Positions 25,994 to 39,990 of a stretch of 64,000 nucleotides of DNA are shown one piece after another (the first letter of the stretch is position 1; the number at the start of each line of letters is the position of its first letter). Below the pieces are notes generated by a model. That model searched no databases and was not told the origin of the DNA. It saw only the letters and a list, made by a program, of their open reading frames with translations. The stretch comes from Octopus sinensis. Lineage: Eukaryota. The stretch covers positions 21,204,001 to 21,268,000 of the forward strand of contig NC_042999.1 of NCBI RefSeq assembly GCF_006345805.1, given 5' to 3'. The translations under genes were made by a program, and so were the position numbers.

Positions 25994-26465
25994 GTATGCA
26001 GTCGTGTATATGTATATGTTTTATAATCTTCTAATACTGAAAAACGTGTAGTTCATTCATATTCAATAAATATAAATATTGACTAAAGCATGATATAATT
26101 AATGAATTACATTATATACCCAGCTGGAAATTCTGTTTATATCCTTTAAGTATTATTTCATGACGTGCATACTGATACCATGAGTTTACTGTAAGATATA
26201 TACTCATTAGGTTATTATTGTATTATCTGAAATAGAATACCTGCATATCAATTAATAAAAAAAAATTGAATATTGACTTTTTTCAGATATTTTGTATATT
26301 TATGGATAAATATATAAATATAAGATAAATAAAATCCCGAGGTATGATATCCAGATGCATATAACACTGCAGGGTTACACCTGACTGATTTGGAAAATTG
26401 TTTTCCCAAATTATATATATATTGTACAAAGTAAGATAGGGGTTATGAGCGTTACCCACATATAT

Positions 26466-26725
26466 GGAGGCGCAATGACCCAGTGGTTAGGGCAGCGGAC
26501 TCGCGGTTGTAGGATCGCGGTTTCGATTCCCAGACCGGGCGTTGTGAGTGTTTATTGAGCGAAAACACATATAGTTCCACAGTGGCGATCACTACTGTAC
26601 TCTTTCGCTGCAACTTTCTCTCACTCTTTCTTCTGTTGGCCTGCTCATTTGAAAGCTAAAACAATGCGAAGCGCATTGTGACCAGCGATGTGCAGTAACA
26701 TCTGATAGCCTGGTCAGTCACGATG
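26466..26725 (+). mobile_element. tRNA-derived SINE (head related to S3)
   Basis: GGAGGCGCAATGACCCAGTGGTTAGGGCAGCGGACTCGCGG...GGTTTCGATTCCC (A and B boxes) followed by TTGTGAGTGTTTATTGAGCGAAAACAC. Confidence 0.75.
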
Positions 26726-26776
26726 ATATATAAATATATACACACACACATATATATATAAACACATATACATATA

Positions 26777-26810
<34 letters not shown>

Positions 26811-27240
26811 AATATATATAATATATATATATATATTATATATATATTATATATATATATACATATGCGCAACTCCATTGTCTCCCGAGACAAAAAGGAT
26901 GCCAACAATATATATATATATATGTATGTAGGCATGTAATTGCTATGGATTAAATATATTTATTAACGTCAAGTAATGTTAAAAGTATCGTGAGGGAACA
27001 TGTTATGCTGAAGCCACTTATAATTAACATCACTCGCATTTACATTAACTTCTTACATTACATAAACAAATGAGCTCTTGTTGGAGGTTCTTACAACACA
27101 GGTACCATAGAATATGTCGTTCTTATGTTGGTCAGTACAGAGTTAATCCTTTATTCTATTTTTGTTTTTAATTTAAGTGACGTGACCAAATGCATGCGCT
27201 CGTAATGCATTGCAGTACATTCTGTGCTTGGACTTAAAAA

Positions 27241-27399
27241 ATGTTGCGCTTGAAACGGATGTCTTGTGATAAAGATATAAGATTTAGACTGAAACTCAGT
27301 ACCCGTCACACGAAGTCGTTACGCATTTATGAGAAAAGTTTAGCGTATCAGTCGAACAGCTTGTTTTTGAATGATGTTGAAAACGTCAGAAACATCAGT
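27241..27399 (+). CDS. Candidate initial coding exon (53 codons)
   Basis: AAAAATG start, open non-repetitive frame MLRLKRMSC...NVRNIS ending exactly at AGT|gtaagt; no homology support. Confidence 0.2.
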
Positions 27400-27410
27400 G
27401 TAAGTATATA

Positions 27411-27482
<72 letters not shown>

Positions 27483-27503
27483 CCCTGAATTTTTTGTACC
27501 TAA

Positions 27504-27540
<37 letters not shown>

Positions 27541-27601
27541 TTATATATGTATTTATAGTTAATAAACGTATTATGTAAGCATATATATATATATGTTTAT
27601 A

Positions 27602-27685
<84 letters not shown>

Positions 27686-28783
27686 GTATATATGTATGTA
27701 TATATGTTTATAAATATATAAATATGTATATATCTATATGTATATATATATGTATACATATATAAGTGTATTTGTATTCGAAATTTCTATATACCCCGTG
27801 AATATGTTCGTGTTTGTATGTGCGTGCATATTTATCGCTTCAGTACCCGTGGGTATATGTATAACTACGCGTTGCAGATCTACTGTCATATTACATAAGC
27901 GTTATATTAATATTACCAGGAATTATGTTTATAGAATAGCAGGAGTTGGAAGCTGAATAATTTATAGTTGTGAAGAGATAACATAGCATTTGAGATGCAA
28001 ATATATTTGTGTTGTAAACCTGGGTTCCTCAAAACAATTCTGTATATCACATGCCGCTTCATATAAACTGCATTGTCGGAGCATGCTGACTGCTTATTTA
28101 TAAACTGCATACAATTGTCTGCATGCAACCTCGTTTCTCGTTTATCTTTCTCTGGCACTGTAGAATTATTACTATTAGCTTACGGGAGTTGATACAATGT
28201 ACCGTTGGCTCTGTAGTAGGTAGAGCCTCAGAAAGGTTGAACGCAGTATTATAAAATCGAGAATGCTAAATAGAGGAAGTAATATATTGATTTCTAATAT
28301 AAATACAAGATCACGTTTTTGAAGAAGGAACACTTAAAGAAATTTATTTCAGTTACTCATTGACTCGTACTTTATCGAACGGGAGATGATAAAGGGAAAA
28401 TTTCTTATCAGCACGATTTGAAATCAGATCTTTAAAGTACTTAGGGATAAGTTGTACTATATTTTAGTTATTTGGTTGCAATTTCAAACAGTCTAACATG
28501 TATGTGGACGGCAGCCATTTTAGATTCATTTCTTGTCTTCCTAGAATCCCTAACTTAACAAAAGTTTTTATTAACGCATTTATGTTACAGGTGCGAGCAG
28601 AAGTGTGTGATTGAGTAGTTCATTTTGTAGCCACATAATTTTAAGTTCAACCCCACTTCACGACACCTTGGGTAATTGTCTTTTACTTAGCCCCAGACCG
28701 ACGAATGCCTTGTGATTGAATTTTGTAGAAAGAAACTGATTGGAAGCCAGTGGCATATATATATATACATATATATATATATA

Positions 28784-28885
<102 letters not shown>

Positions 28886-29088
28886 ACGGGAAGGTTTACG
28901 AAAATAAACAAAAGACGAAGGCAGGTGGAGTACAAACAAACATGTATTAGTATGGCGCTCAGGAATAAAAATAAAACAAGTCTTTTACGTTTCTTCTACG
29001 TTTTTCTACGCTCTTCTACAGAAAGATACACAGAAAAGAAACAAGGAGAGAAAAAAATTGCGTGTAGGGGCTAACGATCCAACATGGC

Positions 29089-29132
<44 letters not shown>

Positions 29133-30629
29133 CCAATCTTTATGAACTTCGTTTTCATTCACTTTAAAGCCAATTCTCCGATAATATAATCTGTAAAACA
29201 AAAAAATGCTTTCGTATGCTGTACAACCTATAATCTCACCCAATATTTCTGATTTCTGGCTAAAAGAGTAATCCACTTTTGGCAGAATACTCCTATTTAG
29301 CACTCCTCAACTACCAATGAACTATCATCTGTACTTCAGCGAATAAAGAATACACACTTGTCAGATCTGTATCTGAATTGTATATAGCCCACAAAATCGT
29401 GATAAATTTTCCTTTCTCTATACTACCAATCTGTTTATCACAAACATATGCAAATCACTTGTGAAGAAGCCTGTTATCGCCTTAGACGAACAACGCCAAC
29501 GGCTGTGAATTAACCTAAGTATGCGACTCACAGTTAGCTCAGGAGAGTAAGTGTTTCCTTTCACGTCTATTTCTGTTCTATATCAATTTGCATGTGCTCA
29601 GAGTTCATATCAGATGCATGAATCAGAGATGTCTGAGATTTCTTGTGAATATGATAGCTGCCGTCCTTTTGTTAGTTATTCAACAAAGAGAATTTCCCCT
29701 GTATGTTTGTTGAAATATAAGGAGAAATCACAAGGGAGATAACTTCAATAGATTTACTTGATTAAATTTTTCAGTAAGAAGCCGAGGCAATTTATACATG
29801 CAAGCAATGTTGGCTATAGTAAATATTTCCTTGAAGTAGTCTTCATGCTAAATACATGTACGAGAAGGTATAATATATGAACTATAACATGTGATGAATA
29901 CCTTCGATTAAATGAAGATGCACAAATATAAATATCCTCAGAGGCACATCCCCTAAGACATATTTCTTAATACTCGTAGTAGGCCATATGAAACGTCATA
30001 TCGACTGAATAATATGCGCTACACCGAAGACATTGAAAAATATCAAAATAATTCTGTTGCTTTGAACAGGTAATTTCAAGGATGAAATCGATTCGCGTCT
30101 TCATTACTAATCCAGTTTATAAAATTTCTCTGTATTGATTTTAAAGGATATATGTCCCATTAATATTTCTTTTTTAATATTGCTGTGTCTTTAAAGCTCA
30201 CTTTCTAACTACGTGGTTTTGGTTTCGGTCTCACAGCGCGGCACTTCAGGCAAATGTCTTCTGCTATAGCCGTGGGCAAACTAATGGTTTCTGAGTGGAT
30301 CTGAGAAACGGTGAGTGGATACGCGTCGTCTTATTTCTATGTGCGTGAGGCGTGCGTGTGTGTGTGTCTGATAGTATTATTGCTGTGTGTCTGTTTGTAT
30401 GTATGCCTTTGTGCTTCTGTTGCCCCCTATCGCTTGAGAAGCGGTCATTGTGGACGTTCCTGTAATAAAACACTTAGAGAAAGCAAACCGATAAAAGTAC
30501 CACAAAGTAAATTGGGGTCAAGTTGTTCGACTAAATCCCTTCAAAGCAGTACCACAGAATGTCTAAATTCCTATGGCGGAAGCAAGCAAAATGAGCAAAA
30601 GATAATGGTTGTTTCTAGATCTTAAACAT

Positions 30630-31025
30630 AGGCGTAGGAGTGGCTGTGGTAAGTAACTTGCTTACCAACCACATGGTTCCGGGTTCAGTCCAATGCATGG
30701 AATCTTGGGCAAGTGTCTTCTTCTATAGCCTCAAGCGGACCAAATTCTTATGAGAGGATTTGGTAGACGGAAACTGAAAGAAGCCCGTCGTATATATGAA
30801 TATGTATATGTATGTGTGTGTCTGTGTTTGTCACCCAACATCGCTTCACAACCGATGCTGGTGTGTCTACGTACCCGCAACTTAGTGATTCCGCAAAAGA
30901 GAACGATTGGATAAGTACTAGGCTTACAAAGAATAAGTCTTGGTGTCGATTTGCTCGACTAAAGGCGGTGCTCCAGCATGGTCGCAGTCAAATGACTGGA
31001 ACAAATAAAAGAGTAAAAGAGTAAC
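30630..31025 (+). mobile_element. Full-length S2 SINE (a degenerate copy precedes it at about 30210-30600)
   Basis: GGCGTAGGAGTGGCTG...GGTTCAGTCC...GACTAAAGGCGGTGCTCCAGCATGG...AAAAGAGTAAAAGAG. Confidence 0.9.
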
Positions 31026-31599
31026 CTTAGACATTTACTTTTAAATTTATGAATAATATCAATCAAAACAAGACTTTTAACAGATTGTATCATGTGCATG
31101 TAACATTCCCGTAACGCCCAATATCAAAACAGTTATCTAAATTGTATTTTGTAACTTTTCGTATGATCAAATATTACATACTTTTGGTAAGTCAAGTATT
31201 TAATTCAATAATCCTAATAGAAGTGTACGCGTTTTACAATGCAGGAAAATAAAAGAATTATGAAAATCTAGAAATGAGATATTCTCAGAGCATTCAAAAT
31301 CGCGGACTATAATTAATTATCATAGTTAAATAAATACAAAATTTACATTTCAGATCTTGTGCTGTTCTGGTAAAATTGCCCTATACGCATTTCCTCTAAA
31401 GTTGCAATCTAAATAGAAAAGAGAAAAACGGATGTGTAGACAACAATGTTAAAACTAACAAAAAACAAAACTATGAATATACCATACATACACACCTACA
31501 CATAGATATATATATATACATTCATACATGCATCCATACATACATACATACATACAAACATACATTCAAACATACATACATACATGCATGCATACATTC

Positions 31600-31667
<68 letters not shown>

Positions 31668-31668
31668 C

Positions 31669-31724
<56 letters not shown>

Positions 31725-31893
31725 TCATATAGACATAAATACATGATATATATATATATATATAGAATTAAATACATGATATATATATGTATGTGTGTGT
31801 GGGTGCGTGTGTGTGGTGTGGTGTGTGTGGGTGTACATGAATAGATAAATGTATATGATATATACAAACATACATGCATATGTACGTGTGTGT

Positions 31894-31939
<46 letters not shown>

Positions 31940-32222
31940 ATATGCATATATATATGCATATATATATATATATATGCATATATATATGTATATGTACGTA
32001 TACACACATATATATATACATACACACACACATTCACACACATACACACACATACACACAACATATATATATGCATGTATGTATGTATATTGACTTCTAT
32101 CTATTGACATTCTTTATACATCATTAAGAATTGATGATTTAAGCGAAATAGAATTGTGAAAATAAAGTTACACATGGAAAAGTACAAGGGTAAATAAAAT
32201 ATATAAAAAAAACAATAGATTA

Positions 32223-32281
<59 letters not shown>

Positions 32282-32575
32282 AATAATATTAAACGGAAAT
32301 AATTTCAAAGAAAGCAACGATATGTGACAATGAATTGTATTAAATTCAATAAAATATCGCAATAACTCGCTTTTTGATGAGAAGCCGTGGCTGATGAGTT
32401 TAAAGTCACGCAAGCATGTATTTCTATTAATGTTACTCTTCCTTTTATTAACAAAACAGGATAAGCTTCTTTTTTTCTAACTTTTTGTTATTTTTTTTTG
32501 TTTTGCTTGTTTGTTTGTTTTTGTTTTTTTGGGTTTTTTTTTTTTTAAATCTCACTGAATTGTTCATGCAGTTAC

Positions 32576-32759
32576 TGAAATTGTACATATATATATATAC
32601 CTTATTTTATGTGTAGAGATTTTGCTCATTTTCTTTCTGTTTTTTTTTTTTGTATTGTTTAACTTGCATATTGTTTGTTTTCTTTTCCTATGGTGGAGCT
32701 GCAGTTGGTGCTCCCTCTAGGAAGTGATGCAGTGGTGATGCAGAGAGATTGAATTTTAC

Positions 32760-32802
<43 letters not shown>

Positions 32803-32853
32803 GTTGTTATTGTTATCATTATTATTATTATTATTATTATTAATATAATTATT

Positions 32854-32908
<55 letters not shown>

Positions 32909-32960
32909 ATTATTATTATTTACACTAGGGATGTTAACGAAGATTGTGATGATGGTGATG
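32576..32960. repeat. Left arm of a long-range inverted duplication (partner 44075-44351)
   Basis: Unique segment CCTTATTTTATGTGTAGAGATTTTGCTC...GGTGGAGCTGCAGTTGGTGCTCCC.CTAGGAAGTGATGCAG and junction GGGATGTTAACGAAGATTGTGATGATG are found reverse-complemented at 44.1-44.35 kb. Confidence 0.9.
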
Positions 32961-33550
32961 ATGATGATGATGATGATGATGATGGTAGTGGGGGTGATGA
33001 TAATGATGATGATGATGGGGGTGATGATGATGATGATGGGGGTGATGATGATGATGATGGTGGTGGTAGTGATGGTGGTGATAATGATGATGGTGATGAT
33101 GGTGGTGGTGATGATGGTGGTGATGATGATGTTGGTGATGGTGATGGTGATGGTAATGGCGATCATCATCATCATGATCATCATTGTTTTCGTTAAAATG
33201 GTGGTGGTTATATTTGCAGGGCTGGCTGGTACTATTGGTACTGGTGGTGTTGGTGAAGTGGTGTGTAGTTGGTAGGAAATTAGATGAAGACGAGAACGAG
33301 AAGCATGGTGATGACGTGAAGGATCGGGGTTTCAGTGTAGGAGTATGATGATGATGGCAATGATTATGTCGATGGTTATGATGGTGATGATGGTGATGAT
33401 GATGATGCTGGTGATGATGATGCTGATGATGATGAGGAGGAGGAGGAGGATGACGATGAGGATGAAGATGATGAGGATGAGGATGAAGATGATGAGGATG
33501 ATGAAGATGATGAAGATGATGATGATGATAATGATGATGATGATGATGAA

Positions 33551-33592
<42 letters not shown>

Positions 33593-33601
33593 GATGATGA
33601 A

Positions 33602-33652
<51 letters not shown>

Positions 33653-33699
33653 AATAATGATGGTGATGAAGATGATGATGATGATGATGATTGATGATG

Positions 33700-33731
<32 letters not shown>

Positions 33732-33770
33732 AGATTGATGAGGATGATGGCAGTAATGGTATTACCATAA
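32945..33770. repeat. Degenerate (GAT/GGT/GAG)n triplet tract
   Basis: Directly visible; frames broken by stops and shifts. Confidence 0.9.
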
Positions 33771-34211
33771 GTGTCATAGATTTAATTCTAATGTTTGAAA
33801 GCAAAGAAACCGTAACCAACACGTGGGAAGAGCATATCTAATTCGAAAATAAATCAATTTTATCATCAGGTTTACATATAGGACACATCATTGGCTGCTA
33901 AGCATATTTGTACTTGCTTGCATATATTTGTAAAAACGTGTGTGTGCGTGTGTGCATCGTAGTAATGGCGTATGTATTGCTTGTATGCATACAGATACGT
34001 ATGGAGTGATTAATGCCCATTTGCATTGTGCGATATCCTGAAACATATGTCCATGACAGAGGATTCGCTCATAACCGACGATGGGATTGCACCTAGGAAG
34101 TCATCCTCCCAGGCACAAGTCCGGGCAATGTTGTTTATGGAAGACCAGCAGACGCCCATGCATACCGGCCTCCTAGCTTCACGCCACCACCGTTATCCAA
34201 AGGAAAGGCAG

Positions 34212-34255
<44 letters not shown>

Positions 34256-34404
34256 CACACCACACAGCACAAACAAAAACCACACACATACACACTGAAA
34301 TAGAAACATCCCTAATATAGTTAACTGTCACTCTAGCGTCCATAAATGTACTGTATATATATATATAGGTATATAATCATATATATATATCTATATATAT
34401 ATAG

Positions 34405-34448
<44 letters not shown>

Positions 34449-34602
34449 GACACACAAAACAAACACACACACACACACTATATATAAGTATATGTATATG
34501 TATATATATATTTAATAATGTCGAAATGTAATCTGAAATAGAAATTTCCATCCCTAATAGTGGTTTGGAGTTAACTGTCATCTCTAGCGTGCATTAAATG
34601 TA

Positions 34603-34661
<59 letters not shown>

Positions 34662-34665
34662 TATA

Positions 34666-34746
<81 letters not shown>

Positions 34747-35798
34747 ATATATATCATGCGGGAGGGGGAGGGGGTATATAAATCCATAGATATATGTATG
34801 TATGTGACACTGATGTCACGATAGGCAGAGGCTATCGATAAAAGACTTGCAAACCAAACTCAGCTGAAAGATTTCATGATGTTCTTAGCAGCAATGTAGT
34901 TTTCACCCAGTTTTTTAAAGCAAATAGCTCACGCCTTCTGATAACATAAGACGATATATTAAAGTAGATCAGTGATTGATATTGCTCTATAGAAGACTTA
35001 ATAGTGGTCGCGTAGATGAGAGGGAGAGACAGGAAAAGACTCAAGTTGTTGATGTCTGTCTGTGCGTTATTAATCTTGAGATCCTGAAACTGAATGCAAG
35101 AAAGCTATAATACACAAGGTCATAGAGATTCACACTCTTTGTAATGATTACAGTGTAGCGTGACATAGAATATCAGATTATGTACTCAAATTAGAAACAA
35201 TTACATTAAATTGACTTCAACAATGCTATTTTAATATATACTTGAATAGGGATAAAGGTATACCTCGGCGAGTGTGATAGCAAGTTTGTAGTGCAATGAT
35301 AGTAAGTGATAGGACATGTGGCCTTGTAGTTTGGAAACCATCGAGCATAACGTAAGTATATACATGTTGTAGGATCTGGTGGGAAGGAATATAATAGATT
35401 TGGAGGATATTTGCCAAACGTATGTAGTTTCGATTTGGATATCTATCAAGTAACTAAGAGAGGCAATTTCTTCGTAGTAACATTGCTCGTTGTTCAAAAG
35501 AGGAACATGTTGGAAAGAAGCGGGTTTTGTAAAGTAGAGAAAACGAGTTGATAATCAGTTGTTGCTGAGGAAGGGGAAAGCGAGATTAAGGGACGTGCAG
35601 TTCAAGAATTTATTTTTTGCCGTTCCGGTAGGTTTTTTCGTGTTCTTTTTTTTTTTGAGTGGATGAGTTTCTCCAGGTGTTGTAGACTTGCGGCATAAAT
35701 AAACTAGCTAATTTGCTTATTGCAAATATTTGACCGATGGTTACTTTGTTTACAATATATTGCTAGCTGGAGCGGACTCTGGCCACCTCTCAAGGTGT

Positions 35799-35847
35799 TC
35801 GTGACTGAAGATGAGCCAACCAGCTCGAAACCGAATCGGTCTCCCGA
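35799..35847 (+). ncRNA. Type I hammerhead ribozyme motif with canonical GUC site
   Basis: TCGTGA CTGAAGA T GAGC CAACCA GCTC GAA ACC GAATC GGT C TCCCGA; stem I 5 of 6 bp, stem II 4 bp, stem III 3 bp. Confidence 0.7.
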
Positions 35848-36045
35848 CCCTGTCATCTGTAGGAGGATGGTGTGAATTCGCTCACCTGGTGGCAATATAT
35901 ATGTACAGGGTGTAAACTAAAATAATCCAGCGGAAGATTTGATTTGCTTTTTCTCAAACGAGAAAACCTTCGACCAAGATCAAAAAGGTAAGAAAAATGA
36001 ATTGATAGTTGGTTATTTGTCATTTCCTTCTGAAGTTCCAATTGC

Positions 36046-36487
36046 TATACATACAAAATTTCCTGCAGCTGTCATGGTTTTAGGGGTTGTCAGCAATGAA
36101 GAACATGTGATGCCTCCTTCTTTCTACATTGAGGTCTTGGAAATAATTAAGCCCTGGATAGACAGTGTATGTAATGGAAGGCCATATGTGTTTCAGTAAG
36201 ACTCTGCACTATTACACATGGCTCTAGTAACACAGAAATGGATGGCTGAAAATGTTCATGATCACATAGCCCCTAACATTCAGCCTCCTAATTCCCCAGA
36301 TCTCAAGCCATTGGACTGTTACATGTGGAACGTTGTTGAGAGAGAGGTCATTGAACATGCCCGTAACACTAAAAGCTGCCATAGTCAGAGTAATGTCCAA
36401 AATGAACCAGAACTACTTTATTCGACTATGTCGATGATTTAGATCTCATATAGAAGCAGTTGTTAAAGCTGAAGGTGGCTTTATTTA
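36046..36487 (+). pseudogene. Decayed Tc1/mariner-superfamily transposase, DD37D (maT) type
   Basis: TKFPAAVMVLGVVSNE..VMPP / KPWIDSVCNGRPYVFQ*DSA...W.AEN...PPNSPDLKPLD.YMW..VERE / EAVVKAEGGFI; 37 residues between second and third D; internal stop and deletions. Confidence 0.88.
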
Positions 36488-36630
36488 ATAACATTTTAGA
36501 AAAGAAGGTTATTTTTATTCTCAGCATTTTTGATAAAGTTATTATAAATCTGTTTTTTTATAATCATAAATTTGTCCTCAAATACCTTACGCAACCTCTC
36601 TCTCTCACTCTCTCTCTCTCTCTCTCTCTC

Positions 36631-36675
<45 letters not shown>

Positions 36676-38570
36676 GTCAGATTATTTTTAAGAATTTTAT
36701 TGGAAGCAATGAAATAAAGCAATTTATTCAATTTACTCATTGGTTTCACTTAAGGCATCAAAACTTTAGTGAAGAATATTTCACATTCAGATAACTCCAT
36801 AGACTACCGGGAGAAAAGAAAATAATAACGCACGTAAAATTAGAGAAGCACATATAACGGTAGTATAATTAGTAACAGATTTACTAAGACTGTCAATCTA
36901 TAAAACATCTAATTTTGCGGTTTGTGATACATATAGATATTCATTATTATACAAAAATCATTAAATGTTTTTTAAGAAGTCATAAAATCGTAATTTACAG
37001 TAAAAATAATAATCTACTGAAATTTAACCTTCACAAGTTCTATAAATATGTCAAATTTTGGCTAAAGTATATCAGTGACTTGATTTAGTAACATTTGCTA
37101 CAAAATTATACTGAAAAAGTTACATTGTTTTAGATTGTCCCTAACATACAAGCAGATATTTACAATGATGAAATACTACCTGGCTCCATGCCGTCAAAAA
37201 TGACGGTTAATTGTAGTATATTATGTATAAATAAGGACAAAAGATAGAATATGGATGGTAAATCAAGTTCATACACTTGTCAATGTTATCTGGTGGTTGT
37301 CTTTTCAGATGTATCATTGATTATCGTTTGTTACTGAAAGAACGCTAGTTCACCCCTACAAATACTTCCCTTGTACACTCACACTCATACACACATATGC
37401 TCACACAGATTTAAAATAGTATTTGATTTTTCTTTTCAGCGTTGAATGTTCACCATCCACTTCCATTGTACACACATACACACCCTCACATACAAACATT
37501 CACATACCTCCATTTTACATGCACACACATATACTCACACAGAGTTGAAACGGTGTTTGACTTTTTTGTCAGCGTACAATTTCCATCATCCCACTACCGA
37601 GTTTGCCATCAGCCCTTCGTTCCTTATTCATCTATCACCCCTTCCTTTCTTATTCATATGTTGTGACGTAGAAAAACACAAGAGCATTATTATAGTAGAA
37701 GATTATGAGTATACTTCACATACAGGAAATAGTACACGTAACTTCAAATTAATCAGAACGACACATTATAAAGACACATGACCTGATTCGGAGAATTGTT
37801 AATGGAGAAGATATCAAGATAAATGTAATTATTGTTCAAAATATGTTGGCAGAATATGAAACACAATTTTAAAATGTCAGTTTTCAGATAACCATTCAGT
37901 CAATCATATATATATACACATATATACACATATATGTGTGTGTACTTGCGTTTGTTTGTTTGCATGTATGTATGTATGTATGTATATATGCATGTATGTA
38001 TGCATGTATGTATGTAAGCATACGTGTGCATGTGTGAGTGTCGGTGTATATTTAGTATGTATCTAAGTAGATATTAAGTTTCGTTAACAAAAAAATAATA
38101 AGATACTCAGATATCTTTAGCTTGTCAAAATAAAACAAAACGCAATAGAACAGCAATTGAAATCATATTTAGACTTACACTGAATACATTTTGCATTTGA
38201 GATAGCAATATAAATAGTTAAACAATTTAAGTGTGTGTTTTTTAAATATCTAGCTGTCAGCGGTGCAACCGTGTAGCGAAACGCTAGACTTCAAATGATG
38301 TCAACGTAAACAGTATTAGACAAAAGCAGAAAATGAGCATAGAGTTTTTCTCCTTGTTAAATACTCGAGCATGCTTTAAAATAGCTTCAGATTAAAACAA
38401 AGGAAATTCGATGTCTATTTGTATACCTATATATTTTATAAACATAATCTATTTTATGAACAGTTGTTCCGTTATTTAAAGTTGAATTTTTACCATGCCA
38501 GTCATTATGTCAGGACATATTCATACACATACATAGTTGCATTCACACGCAGACATGAACATGTATTAAA

Positions 38571-38619
<49 letters not shown>

Positions 38620-38908
38620 CATACATATATTTATATTCATGCATGTTATTTTGTAATTACTGGCATCGTATATATTAATATATTTTATATATTATATGTA
38701 AGCCATAATATGTTAAACATGTATGTATATTATTGTAATTGTCAGTTTAGTAAATAAATAAGTTAACATAATATAATGTCTAAAATTTGAGGAACCACCT
38801 ACTGATCCCTACATTTTCTTATTGCTATACATATATATATTATACATATGCATGTATACACACGTCAAAACAAATATATATATATATACATATATGTATA
38901 AACATACA

Positions 38909-38948
<40 letters not shown>

Positions 38949-39948
38949 GACATACATCTATATATACATATATGTGTGTGTGTATGTGCATGTATATATG
39001 TATGCATGTAAGCTTATGTATGTGTGTGTGTGTCTGTGCGTGTGTCTGTGTGTATAAGACTTGTGCATATACATATATTTAAGCTTATGCAGCTTATAAA
39101 TGTTTGGGTTTGATGTCTGGTATCACTGTGTATCATTTAAGGAACATTGTTTCCTATTTCTAACAGGCCTCCTTGATCTAGGGCTTGCATGAAGGCACCA
39201 GGTGTGTTATAAAATGTTATCTGAATCATTGTCATTGTACGAAGTTTGGCAGCTCACAAAAATATGCACTTTGTTTATTATTATTATCATTGTACATCTG
39301 TGTGTGTGTGTGTGTGTGCGTTTATAAAATAAATGTATAGGGTTATATACTATTTTAATCATATATCTGCAAATTATATTATATTTTATTCTATTTATCT
39401 GTATCATATTATATTCTCTTTTTCTGTTTTGAATGGTTGTAAGAGGTGTACATGCCTGCATTTGGAAATAGACATACGCATCTATTTTTGTATTCTTTAT
39501 TTTACTTTTATTTAGGTTTGTCTATAGAAAAAATTAGTATGCATATGAGAACATATAAACGGATATATATATATAAAACTTTCATTATACTTTATCCTAC
39601 TGATTCTCTCCTATTTTTATGTTTGTTGCAAAGTATATGGGAAGGATTAATGTGGGCATGCATGAATGAAAACATGTGTGTGCGTGTGTGTGAGTGTGTG
39701 TGTATATGTATGTGTGTGTGTGTGTGCTTTTGTATATCCACACATAAGTGTATAGATACGTATCTGACTCCATAAAAAACTGTACACACTACATTGCATG
39801 TGAGTTAGAATTTCAACCAAACATATATAGATTTAAACAGTAAAAGCAGTGTGGATATTATTAGGAAGCATAGATGGAATATACGTGTATAAGTGTATGT
39901 GTATGTATATCATATGTGGTCTGTATGTGTGTTATATATATATGTGTA

Positions 39949-39990
<42 letters not shown>

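Noticed and set aside
39167-39201. Well-bounded ag..gt segment near 39.17-39.20 kb
   Set aside because: Stop codons in all three frames; no support as a coding exon
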